A stretch of DNA of 62,244 bases from a virus (Duplodnaviria; Caudoviricetes): the IMG/VR virus record IMGVR_UViG_3300025803_000012, positions 1-62,244 of that record; one strand, written 5' to 3'. The position numbers and the translations under genes were made by a program. Within the stretch, counting starts at the first letter, position 1; each line of letters starts with the position of its first letter. The notes below the pieces were generated by a model that was not told where the DNA came from, did no database searches, and saw nothing but the letters and a program-made list of their open reading frames with translations. This document shows positions 1-7,735 of the stretch, one piece after another.

Positions 1-2
1 AA

Positions 3-128
3 TTAGGTGTTCTTACAAGTGCAGATGAAATGAGATGGCACCCTTCTCTTACTAATAAACAAGAAGATTGGTTAAATAAATTTATACAGGTTTGGGATCA
101 GGCTACAGATCATGAATACAACAAATAT
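3..128. repeat. Terminal direct repeat / circular-assembly overlap (left copy)
   Basis: 3..128 is identical to 62119..62244 (126 bp). An ORF starting at 62053 reads through the junction and stops at 138..140. Confidence 0.95.
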
Positions 129-139
129 AGGAGAAGATA

Positions 140-457
140 ATGATTACAGAAAAATACGCTAACAAACACGGTTACACGGACGTCGAACCATATGAGGTGG
201 TTGAAATTAAAACAGACAAAAAAATAGTTATCCGAGCTCTTGATTGTAAAGAGCTTGAATGGAAAAAAGAATGGTTTGATGGTGGCTTTGCAGGTCACCT
301 TGCCGATCAACATAAACAAAAATGGGATATTACATCCAACAAAAACAATCATTCATTTTATATTCGCAAACATAAGAGCGGTGAATGGAAAGATACTGGT
401 GGTAATAAGTACACACTAGCAAATGAACCAAGAAAATTTTACGACTTTAACTTTTAG
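140..457 (+). CDS. Hypothetical early phage protein
   Basis: 105 aa ORF with SD AGGAG; TAATG overlap with the junction-spanning ORF. Confidence 0.8.
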   Translation: MITEKYANKHGYTDVEPYEVVEIKTDKKIVIRALDCKELEWKKEWFDGGFAGHLADQHKQKWDITSNKNNHSFYIRKHKSGEWKDTGGNKYTLANEPRKFYDFNF

Positions 458-465
458 GAGGAGAC

Positions 466-1332
466 ATGGTTAAAAAGAAAGAAGAAAAAAAAGACTTATT
501 ATTTTTTAAAAAGTTCCTGATCAACATTGTTTATCAGGAGCTGGATCACGAAAAAAATTATGATGCGTATGATCAAGAGAGTTATCAAGAACCGCTTGAT
601 CGCGAAACGCGGAGCATTAATACTGATACAGAGGAGATTGCTCATGTTAATGATTATGAATGGAGAGGTACTAAATATGAAAAAATATTACCTCTTAATT
701 TTGGTAAAGGGATTGATCCTGATCAATGGAATATAAATGATTTTTATGGAGATATTAATGAACCCTCCAAACAGGATCTAATACGTCATATTAATGTAAC
801 TGGTATGTATGAAGATCAGTGGAATGACAATAAACTTGAAATCAAAAACTTTTTCTCTGAGTCTTTTACTATCAATCAAGCGGAGATCCTTAATATTATT
901 TTAAGATCACTCGAGGTTAAAAACTTAAATTTATCTAAAAAATTAGATGAGGCAGAAAAAACTATTAAAGATTTTCGTCAAGCAGAAAAAGATAAGTCTA
1001 TTTATGATAGGCTCGATCAAATCGATAAGCTTGTTGAGGAGAATATTTTTGATAAACTGGATCACTTATATTATTCTACGCATGTTGTAGGGAAGAAAAC
1101 TTTTGATCCGTTAAAAATTGGGTGGATGGATTATCCTGAAGGTCAAAAGAAATTCAAAGAGAGGTATGAAAGCTATAAATCTCAATTAAGTAACTGGGTA
1201 GCAAACTTTCATGTGGCTTTTCAAAAAATTATTAATCATCCACAGCGAAAAAAAGATATCTATTGGCGCGAAGACGATATGAAAGATATCGATAAAGCAA
1301 CTAATCCTCTTCCAGATAAAAAAGATGATTAA
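466..1332 (+). CDS. Hypothetical protein (acidic, coiled-coil middle)
   Basis: 288 aa ORF with strong SD TAGGAGGAG; no recognisable motif. Confidence 0.8.
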   Translation: MVKKKEEKKDLLFFKKFLINIVYQELDHEKNYDAYDQESYQEPLDRETRSINTDTEEIAHVNDYEWRGTKYEKILPLNFGKGIDPDQWNINDFYGDINEPSKQDLIRHINVTGMYEDQWNDNKLEIKNFFSESFTINQAEILNIILRSLEVKNLNLSKKLDEAEKTIKDFRQAEKDKSIYDRLDQIDKLVEENIFDKLDHLYYSTHVVGKKTFDPLKIGWMDYPEGQKKFKERYESYKSQLSNWVANFHVAFQKIINHPQRKKDIYWREDDMKDIDKATNPLPDKKDD

Positions 1333-1549
1333 GTTGGTGGTCGCGTGTATCACGGTGGGCGTATGTTGTTACCTTTATGTTTATCATACGCCCTACCAAA
1401 CCTTCATGCGCGACTGCAGATACGATGAATTCCTACAAGGTAATTTGAGTGATCAATATTGTACGTGGTTGTACTTTGAAATGATTGATGAAAATTCATG
1501 GATTAGACAAATAATAGAGGCCCTAGAAACCCCAGAAAACCGCCAATAA
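1325..1549 (+). CDS. Small protein with N-terminal hydrophobic helix
   Basis: 74 aa; overlaps the upstream stop; hydrophobic N-terminus. Confidence 0.65.
   Translation: MIKLVVACITVGVCCYLYVYHTPYQTFMRDCRYDEFLQGNLSDQYCTWLYFEMIDENSWIRQIIEALETPENRQ
1530..1545. promoter_or_regulatory. 16-bp operator/activator box CCCCAGAAAACCGCCA
   Basis: Near-identical copies at 13607, 59491, 60927 and 61469; lies 74 nt before the ATG at 1620, followed by an AT-rich promoter-like spacer. Confidence 0.7.
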
Positions 1550-1619
1550 TTAGATAAATGTTTTAAAATATTATAAAATACTATATAAGTAAGGCATAAC
1601 AAATAGAAAGAAGGAAGCG

Positions 1620-1829
1620 ATGAAAAAAGTATACGAAGCCCTACTAAACGGTGAAAGAGTTAGAGCAGAAAAAGTAAACAACAGATGGATGATTGGTGGA
1701 GACTATGTAAGTAAAGGTAGTCAAGTTCTTATCAAGATAAAAAAAGAAGGTCATAAAGATGCATGGTATTCTTTAAGAGGTTGTTTTTTAAAATTTAATG
1801 ATTTCGTTGGGGAGGAATTTAATGATTAA
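1620..1829 (+). CDS. Hypothetical early protein
   Basis: 69 aa; follows an AT-rich spacer and the TAGAAAGAAGGAA leader. Confidence 0.75.
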   Translation: MKKVYEALLNGERVRAEKVNNRWMIGGDYVSKGSQVLIKIKKEGHKDAWYSLRGCFLKFNDFVGEEFND

Positions 1830-1935
1830 ATATATTATCAACGATCTTAAATTAGCGAGCAAGGAAGATTGGATCTACCTTGCTCTTTCATTACCTGTAA
1901 GTCTGGTTGCACTTGCAGATTGGTTTATATTTTAA
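1822..1935 (+). CDS. Small membrane peptide (37 aa, not in ORF track)
   Basis: Translated by hand: MIKYIINDLKLASKEDWIYLALSLPVSLVALADWFIF; SD GGAGG upstream; fills the gap between neighbouring genes. Confidence 0.6.
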   Translation: MIKYIINDLKLASKEDWIYLALSLPVSLVALADWFIF

Positions 1936-1947
1936 CAGGAGAAAGAA

Positions 1948-2268
1948 ATGACTAAAAAATCGATTATAAATATAAAAGTTTCAGGAGTTAAAAAATTAAA
2001 TAACTCTTCTAATGGAAACCCGAAATACGAGTTTTATTTTCATAAAGGAGGCATTGCAACAACGCCTTCGGATGCAGGGTGGGTATATGCTTTTAGCACT
2101 GATACTTTTTGGGGTAGATGGGTAGATATTACTTATCACATGAATAAAGGAGGAAAAGCTATTCTTGACTCCATAAAGTTAAATGAAGATCATAATGAAG
2201 ATAACCTTGTCATAAGTGGAATAGATGAGGTTATAAATGCTGATGATAATGTTCAGGAGGATCAATGA
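1948..2268 (+). CDS. Hypothetical protein
   Basis: 106 aa; SD AGGAG. Confidence 0.75.
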   Translation: MTKKSIINIKVSGVKKLNNSSNGNPKYEFYFHKGGIATTPSDAGWVYAFSTDTFWGRWVDITYHMNKGGKAILDSIKLNEDHNEDNLVISGIDEVINADDNVQEDQ

Positions 2269-2510
2269 TTAAAGGCAATCCAATAGTCAGTAAATGTGTT
2301 AATTGCGACGGCCAGTTCCGTCGCAATACTTTTGGTGTAGGATTGAATACCATAGGGAAGGATTTAGGGTACGCAACATCAGCTAAATCTTTTTATTTTT
2401 GTCAGTCAAAATGCGAACAAGAGTTTGCAGAGGCGTGTGCCGAAGCTAACGTTAGGCGTCTCGGCGGAACGTTAGTCAGGTTTAATAAAGGAGATAGGAG
2501 GGCTTCATGA
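2265..2510 (+). CDS. Small Zn-binding protein (CxxC...FCxxxC, TRASH/YHS-like pattern)
   Basis: CVNC and FCQSKC motifs; ATGA overlaps at both ends. Confidence 0.7.
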   Translation: MIKGNPIVSKCVNCDGQFRRNTFGVGLNTIGKDLGYATSAKSFYFCQSKCEQEFAEACAEANVRRLGGTLVRFNKGDRRAS

Positions 2511-3274
2511 CTAAAATATTAAAATCTTTTGATTATAAAAAATTTAAATTTATCAAAGGTAATAGGGCCATAAACGACCGCCATGTTAACGGTTTAGTTA
2601 AAAGCATGGAAAAGAATGGGCTTATTATAAATCCTTCGTGTGTTAACGAAAAGTTAGAAATCATTGAGGGTCAACATCGTTTAATGGCTTGTGAGATATT
2701 AAATCTTCCTTACTATTATTATGTAGTTCCTGGTGCTACTATTGATGATGTTACTATTCTAAATCAAAATAGAAAAAACTGGGGCTTTACGGAATGGATG
2801 AACCGTTATTCTGAATACAATAATATGGAATATCAAATCTATAAATCATTGTATGAGAAATGGGGCTTTGATCATTGGAGCACTATCTTTCTTTTGTGTC
2901 GTACAAAAGGATATCGTAGCCGTGCAGGATTAAAAGATAAGTTTTATGATGGCACATTAAAAATTGAAACGTTGGAGCAAGGTAAAAAATGGGCGCAACG
3001 TATCATGGACGTCGAACCATATTATAAAAATTACAAAAGACGTGCATTTATTCAAGCAATGATCCGCGTGTTTCATGATCGTAATTACAATCATAAAACT
3101 TTTATGAATAAACTTAATATGGTTAGAGATAGATTGTACGACTGTTCGACAGTCGGTTTATATCTTCAACGTATTGATGATATTATGAACTATCAAACAC
3201 CTAAAAATAAAAGAGTAAATTTTGCGATGCAATGGGGCGATCCAGAATCTATTTTTTCAGATAAAGCAGCTTAG
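2507..3274 (+). CDS. ParB/Sulfiredoxin-like N-terminal domain protein
   Basis: NRAIN..HV..L..SM...G followed by IIEGQHRL, the ParB/Srx box. Confidence 0.8.
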   Translation: MTKILKSFDYKKFKFIKGNRAINDRHVNGLVKSMEKNGLIINPSCVNEKLEIIEGQHRLMACEILNLPYYYYVVPGATIDDVTILNQNRKNWGFTEWMNRYSEYNNMEYQIYKSLYEKWGFDHWSTIFLLCRTKGYRSRAGLKDKFYDGTLKIETLEQGKKWAQRIMDVEPYYKNYKRRAFIQAMIRVFHDRNYNHKTFMNKLNMVRDRLYDCSTVGLYLQRIDDIMNYQTPKNKRVNFAMQWGDPESIFSDKAA

Positions 3275-3282
3275 GAGGATCA

Positions 3283-3483
3283 ATGAAAAAGTTTTTTAAT
3301 TTTTTTAGGAAGAAGAAAAGAAGAATTGATTTAATTAAATTTCATCTCATAGCTAATCAATACAATGGTGTTATTGGTTGGCAAGCAAACGATCTTGAAA
3401 CATTATATCCTGCAACTGGCGTGTATAGCAAACCAGTTAGAGGAGAAGACACATGGCAAAGAGAAGGGGAGTTAAAAAAATAA
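3283..3483 (+). CDS. Hypothetical protein
   Basis: 66 aa; SD TAGGAGG. Confidence 0.65.
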   Translation: MKKFFNFFRKKKRRIDLIKFHLIANQYNGVIGWQANDLETLYPATGVYSKPVRGEDTWQREGELKK

Positions 3484-3683
3484 TGGGAATGTTTGATGAG
3501 TTTCACGATTGTAAATCGTGCAATAGACGTTATCATCAGTGGTTGATGATAGCGATAAAGAATAAATATCCTGATCATTTATGTATCAGGTGTTACAATT
3601 TTAAGGATGAACATGAAAAAGAAAGAGAAAAAATTAACACATTACAATCAAATGATTACAGCGAAGACAAGAAAGTTGCTTGA
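3483..3683 (+). CDS. Small zinc-finger protein
   Basis: CKSC...CIRC; start placed at the TAATG overlap at 3483. Confidence 0.6.
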   Translation: MGMFDEFHDCKSCNRRYHQWLMIAIKNKYPDHLCIRCYNFKDEHEKEREKINTLQSNDYSEDKKVA

Positions 3684-3753
3684 TTTAATGTGTAAAAAAA
3701 CAAAGCTATCAAGGCCAATGCAATTAGAAAAGATTGTTGAAGAGTCATCATGA
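3613..3753 (+). CDS. Small basic protein, possibly ribbon-helix-helix DNA-binding (46 aa, not in ORF track)
   Basis: Translated by hand: MKKKEKKLTHYNQMITAKTRKLLDLMCKKTKLSRPMQLEKIVEESS; strand-helix-helix pattern. Confidence 0.5.
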   Translation: MKKKEKKLTHYNQMITAKTRKLLDLMCKKTKLSRPMQLEKIVEESS

Positions 3754-3854
3754 TAACGCATATTTTATTAGGGCTAATACTCTTAGCCCTAGTTGGTATT
3801 GGATTCATGGTGTTCATCATTGGTAAAATAATAGATGAACGTCTTAACAATTAA
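3750..3854 (+). CDS. Single-pass membrane peptide (34 aa, not in ORF track)
   Basis: MITHILLGLILLALVGIGFMVFIIGKIIDERLNN; ATGA overlap; its stop converges with the - strand block. Confidence 0.55.
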   Translation: MITHILLGLILLALVGIGFMVFIIGKIIDERLNN

Positions 3855-4048
3855 TCCATAAAAAACTTTGGGTCTTCTTTTACAGGTCCGAGAACTTTTC
3901 TCAGGGCCTGTAGACCATCTGATAATACCTGTTCCCACTCTTCTTTTTTTAAAACTTTATTATATTGAGGGTTATAAAATTTAAGAGATACCTCGCCACA
4001 TTTTGGACATTGAGATATTTTTCTTACAGGACTATTAGGTAACAACAT
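3851..4048 (-). CDS. Hypothetical protein with CxxC
   Basis: 65 aa; CPKC motif. Confidence 0.65.
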   Translation of the reverse strand: MLLPNSPVRKISQCPKCGEVSLKFYNPQYNKVLKKEEWEQVLSDGLQALRKVLGPVKEDPKFFMD

Positions 4049-4187
4049 AACCTTTGCCTTTTTTTATATTTAGGCGAATTATATGTAATTTTTTCCAAGC
4101 GAGCAACCTAATTTTTTAAGGAGGAAAATGTGAATAACTCGCTTGGAACTCTAAAAGGGTGGCTCTCCCTTAAACTGTATTACTGGC
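4049..4187 (-). ncRNA. Candidate structured RNA: 11-bp stem with an anti-SD loop
   Basis: TTCCAAGCGAG (4093-4103) pairs with CTCGCTTGGAA (4138-4148). The minus-strand loop contains CAUUUUCCUCCUUA. A second small stem lies at 4155-4171. Confidence 0.45.
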
Positions 4188-4421
4188 TTACTCTCCCGAA
4201 ATTTTGTAGTTTTTAAAGCATTCTGGATCAAGTGGTGGTCCGTAGTAGATGCTAATACTGTCGTTCGTACCCTCGGTCCACGATTGGTGGTAGTATTTAT
4301 TTTCATCGATTTCCCCTTGTGAGTGACAAACCTTACACTGTTCAATGTTGGTCTCTGCTTCAAACGATAGTTTGACATATCCGTTTCCTTTACAATTGGG
4401 ACATGGAATCATATTAACCAT
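4188..4421 (-). CDS. DnaJ-type CxxCxGxG zinc-finger protein
   Basis: CPNCKGNG and CKVCHSQG motifs. Confidence 0.75.
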   Translation of the reverse strand: MVNMIPCPNCKGNGYVKLSFEAETNIEQCKVCHSQGEIDENKYYHQSWTEGTNDSISIYYGPPLDPECFKNYKISGE

Positions 4422-5872
4422 TTCCTTATGTCCTCAGCTAACACCGATGTAGCTAAGTTTATTTTATTTCTTAGTGAATAAATAATTTTTTCATCAACTG
4501 TTCCTGTTGAAACAAGATCAATGTAAGTGACTTTATCTTCTGTACCAATACGATGGTTACGTGCCTCTGCTTGCTCACGGATCTCTAAATCATAATTGTT
4601 TGAATAAAAGACAGCAAGACTAGCTGCAGTTAACGTAATACCTCTACCGCCTGTCATAGGTTGACCAATAAAGAATTGTGTATCTTCATCCTCCTGAAAT
4701 CGTCTAATATTTTCTTGTCTAATATTTTGTGGTGTGTCTCCATAATACGTGACCACGGAGCGCGGACCGTATTTTTTTAATAATGTTTTTTCAATCTCTT
4801 GAATGTCATGACGATAATTCGCCCAAATGATCGCTTTATCACCGTGCTCTTCTAGAATAGCACATAGTTCTTTAACGCGGTTATTTGGTAACGATAATAC
4901 TTTACCATCATCGGTTGCCATATGACCACACACTATTTGATGAAGCCTTATCATTTGGGCGAGCACTGACGTAGTCGTCAATGTTTCTTGCTTGAGTTGC
5001 ACTAAAGCAGTGCGTTTCATTTGCATGTACGCATCAAGCTGTTCCGTTGTCATTGGAACAATTCTTTTCATCCATACTTGATCAGGAAGATCAAGCGCGT
5101 CTTTTTTTAAAACACGATAAGAAAATTGTCGTAACTTATAATTTAATTCTTCTAAGTTTTTATATCCTGTTACTTTATTAAACGATCGACCACCAAAAGA
5201 TAATCGTTGCATCTGACAGTAACGCGCTCTGAATGTATAAATAGAACTAAAACCTAATAGTTCATGATTTAAAAAATTACATTGCGCATACAGATCTTCA
5301 GGAGATTTAGTAATAGGGGATCCTGTCATGATAACACGATAACGCGCTAAGTTACCAAGCTTGGTAATGGCTTTGGTACGTAACGCGGTTGAGTTTTTAA
5401 TGATCGTGCTTTCATCAACAGCCATCAATGCTTGACGGGTCATCAGAAATCTATCAGCAAACTTGCGTCCACGGTCCGTGGTAAACGCATCAACGTTCAT
5501 AATTAAAATATTAAAATGTACTTTCGCAGGTTCCGTAATAAATAATGTTTGTAATTCTTCTTCATGCTTTTTTGTTTTTTGTCCTGTCCATACGACTACG
5601 TTACGATCCACGTGTGTTGGCATATGTGTTTCAATTTCTTTAACCCACGTTCCCTTAACACCGTTAGGACAGATAACGAGTAAACCAAAAATATATCCAT
5701 TGTCATAAAGAAACGAAGACGCATCAATTAATACTTTAGTTTTTCCACAACCCATTTCCATAAGCAACGCAAACTCTTTATTTTGCTTAGAAAAATGATT
5801 TAACATAGCTCCCATAGATGCTAATTGATGCTCGTAAGGCGTTGTTTTAAAACTATATTTATATTTCGGCAT
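4409..5872 (-). CDS. SNF2-family (SF2) helicase
   Basis: MEMGCGKT Walker A, VDEST box, MTGSP, GGRGITL and QAEARNHRIG motif VI. Confidence 0.92.
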   Translation of the reverse strand: MPKYKYSFKTTPYEHQLASMGAMLNHFSKQNKEFALLMEMGCGKTKVLIDASSFLYDNGYIFGLLVICPNGVKGTWVKEIETHMPTHVDRNVVVWTGQKTKKHEEELQTLFITEPAKVHFNILIMNVDAFTTDRGRKFADRFLMTRQALMAVDESTIIKNSTALRTKAITKLGNLARYRVIMTGSPITKSPEDLYAQCNFLNHELLGFSSIYTFRARYCQMQRLSFGGRSFNKVTGYKNLEELNYKLRQFSYRVLKKDALDLPDQVWMKRIVPMTTEQLDAYMQMKRTALVQLKQETLTTTSVLAQMIRLHQIVCGHMATDDGKVLSLPNNRVKELCAILEEHGDKAIIWANYRHDIQEIEKTLLKKYGPRSVVTYYGDTPQNIRQENIRRFQEDEDTQFFIGQPMTGGRGITLTAASLAVFYSNNYDLEIREQAEARNHRIGTEDKVTYIDLVSTGTVDEKIIYSLRNKINLATSVLAEDIRKWLI

Positions 5873-5955
5873 AACTTTCTAAATTATAAAATTTAAAAAC
5901 GATAACATTTTTCTTGTATAATTAAAATAAAAATAATATAGACTCCCCTAGAAAG
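5873..5955. promoter_or_regulatory. Divergent AT-rich promoter region
   Basis: Lies between divergent starts; TAGAAAG precedes the ATG on both strands; TTGTAT..TAATAT-like hexamers are present. Confidence 0.55.
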
Positions 5956-6309
5956 ATGAAAGACTCAGAAAACAAAGGAAATGTGTACGTTATCCAAGAG
6001 GTATCTCGATTTAATGTAATCACTGCTCAGGAATATGGAAAACTTATTCCTATATTTGAGGAGGGAAAACAAATTATGTTATCACCTGGACCAGCGATAC
6101 GTAAGGCTAAAAATATATTAAAAGATTTTAATGATAAAGATTATTTATTATTGATTGGTGATCCATCAATGATTGGTCTTTGTTGTTCTGTTGCTGCAGA
6201 AAATAATCGTGGCCGATATAATCTTTTAAAATATGATCGCCAATCGCATACATATCTCCCCATACAGATAGACTTACACGAGAGGAATAACTATGACAGA
6301 GAAAGTTGA
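5956..6309 (+). CDS. Conserved hypothetical replication-module protein
   Basis: 117 aa; first gene of the replication operon; DYLLLIGDP motif. Confidence 0.8.
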   Translation: MKDSENKGNVYVIQEVSRFNVITAQEYGKLIPIFEEGKQIMLSPGPAIRKAKNILKDFNDKDYLLLIGDPSMIGLCCSVAAENNRGRYNLLKYDRQSHTYLPIQIDLHERNNYDRES

Positions 6310-6850
6310 TTTTACAAATTTTTTACCTGAAGAAAATAAAGTAGAAATATCTGAGGTTAAAGATGTGTCAGAAGCATCCAACAGATATTTACAAATTGAA
6401 AGCGAAATACTTTCATTAGAAAACGACGTTAAAAGAAAAAAATCCGAGCTACAACAAATGAATGATTCAATTGTTCAGATGATGGAGCAACGAGGAGTTA
6501 AAGAGATTAAACTGACGAGTGGTGAAGCAATAAGTTATAAACCCTTTTATAAAGCGAGCATCACTAAAGATAATGAAGCAGAATGTTTTGGATGGTTAGA
6601 AAAAAATAACCACGATGAACTAATTAAAAACATTGTGTCAGTGAGGTTTGGTAAAGGAGATAATGATCAGGCATCTAAGTTGGTAGAAGACTTAGAGCAA
6701 AATGGTTTAGCTCCTGACCAAAAACGCAAGGTCGAGCCTATGACCTTGAACGCCTTTGTTGGTGAACAAATAAATAAAGGTACCGATTTACCTATAGATA
6801 TATTTAATGTGTATATGGGTAACAAAGTGAAAATTAAAAAAGGGAAATAA
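6293..6850 (+). CDS. Coiled-coil replication-module protein (precedes SSB-like gene)
   Basis: 185 aa with N-terminal coiled coil and VEPMTLNAFV motif; position is typical of PolA-encoding phages. Confidence 0.75.
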   Translation: MTEKVDFTNFLPEENKVEISEVKDVSEASNRYLQIESEILSLENDVKRKKSELQQMNDSIVQMMEQRGVKEIKLTSGEAISYKPFYKASITKDNEAECFGWLEKNNHDELIKNIVSVRFGKGDNDQASKLVEDLEQNGLAPDQKRKVEPMTLNAFVGEQINKGTDLPIDIFNVYMGNKVKIKKGK

Positions 6851-6852
6851 CG

Positions 6853-7680
6853 ATGAACGATGTAACGAAAAAAAAGAAAAGTGAAATATCGACTAATGTT
6901 GTAGACTTTTCAAGCCACATTGGTGTTGGCTTTGAAAATGTTGGTGCGCAAGAAATGGCAATACCATTTTTAAAAATTGCTAGCTCTCAAACACCAGAGA
7001 TTAAAAAATCAAATGCAAAGTTTGTAGAAGGACTTGAGCAAGGTGATATTTTTAATTCTGTTACAAAAGACTTTTACAAAAGCATAGCTGTAGTTCCATG
7101 TGCCTTTAGAGTACGTGGAGTAGAGTGGTCACCTTTAGGTGAAGGGACTGGTGCACCTGTAAAAATTTATAAGCCTGAAGACATGCCAGCTTTAACGCGT
7201 GGCGCGGATGGGGAAGATCATTACATGATTAATGGAGCGATCTCTCCTACCTATATTGTAACGACGGCTGAGTATTTTGTTTTACGAATTAATGATGATG
7301 GATCGTTTGAACGATGCCAAATTATTATGCAGAAGACACAATATAAAAAATCCCGTTATTGGAATACGATGATGATGAATCAGAAAATTAAATCCAGTGA
7401 TGGGTCACTAAGAACATTACCAATGTTTGCTAATGTATACAAAATGGAAGGTGTACAAGAAGCAAATAAAAAGAATGATTGGTGGGGATGGAAAATCACC
7501 TTGGATAAATCAGTCAATGATATTCCTAATCCATCTTATATAGTGGAGGAGGCTAAACATTTTCATGAGCTTGTGACATCAGGATCAATAGATCCTGCTC
7601 CAGAGGCAAATAATGATAATGACGATAGCGGTTTAAAAGACGTTACACCCAATGTGGATAGTGGCGTTTTAGGATCGTAA
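6853..7680 (+). CDS. Putative single-stranded DNA-binding protein
   Basis: IPFLKI..S.TPE N-terminus, aromatic NDWWGWK motif, acidic tail, and location in the replication module. Confidence 0.6.
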   Translation: MNDVTKKKKSEISTNVVDFSSHIGVGFENVGAQEMAIPFLKIASSQTPEIKKSNAKFVEGLEQGDIFNSVTKDFYKSIAVVPCAFRVRGVEWSPLGEGTGAPVKIYKPEDMPALTRGADGEDHYMINGAISPTYIVTTAEYFVLRINDDGSFERCQIIMQKTQYKKSRYWNTMMMNQKIKSSDGSLRTLPMFANVYKMEGVQEANKKNDWWGWKITLDKSVNDIPNPSYIVEEAKHFHELVTSGSIDPAPEANNDNDDSGLKDVTPNVDSGVLGS

Positions 7681-7699
7681 TCACCTTAATTACCTAGGT

Positions 7700-7720
7700 T
7701 AGGGGCCTTCAAGGCCCCTA
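7700..7720. terminator. Perfect GC-rich hairpin after the SSB-like gene
   Basis: TAGGGGCCTT-C-AAGGCCCCTA followed by an AT-rich tract. Confidence 0.6.
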
Positions 7721-7735
7721 GTTATATTATTATTT

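Noticed and set aside
3-128. Biological direct terminal repeat (T7-like)
   Set aside because: It falls inside a coding sequence and its length matches a typical assembler k-mer overlap.
4151-4378. ORF 4151..4378 (-)
   Set aside because: Overlaps the CxxCxGxG gene in another frame, has no motif, and runs into the hairpin element.
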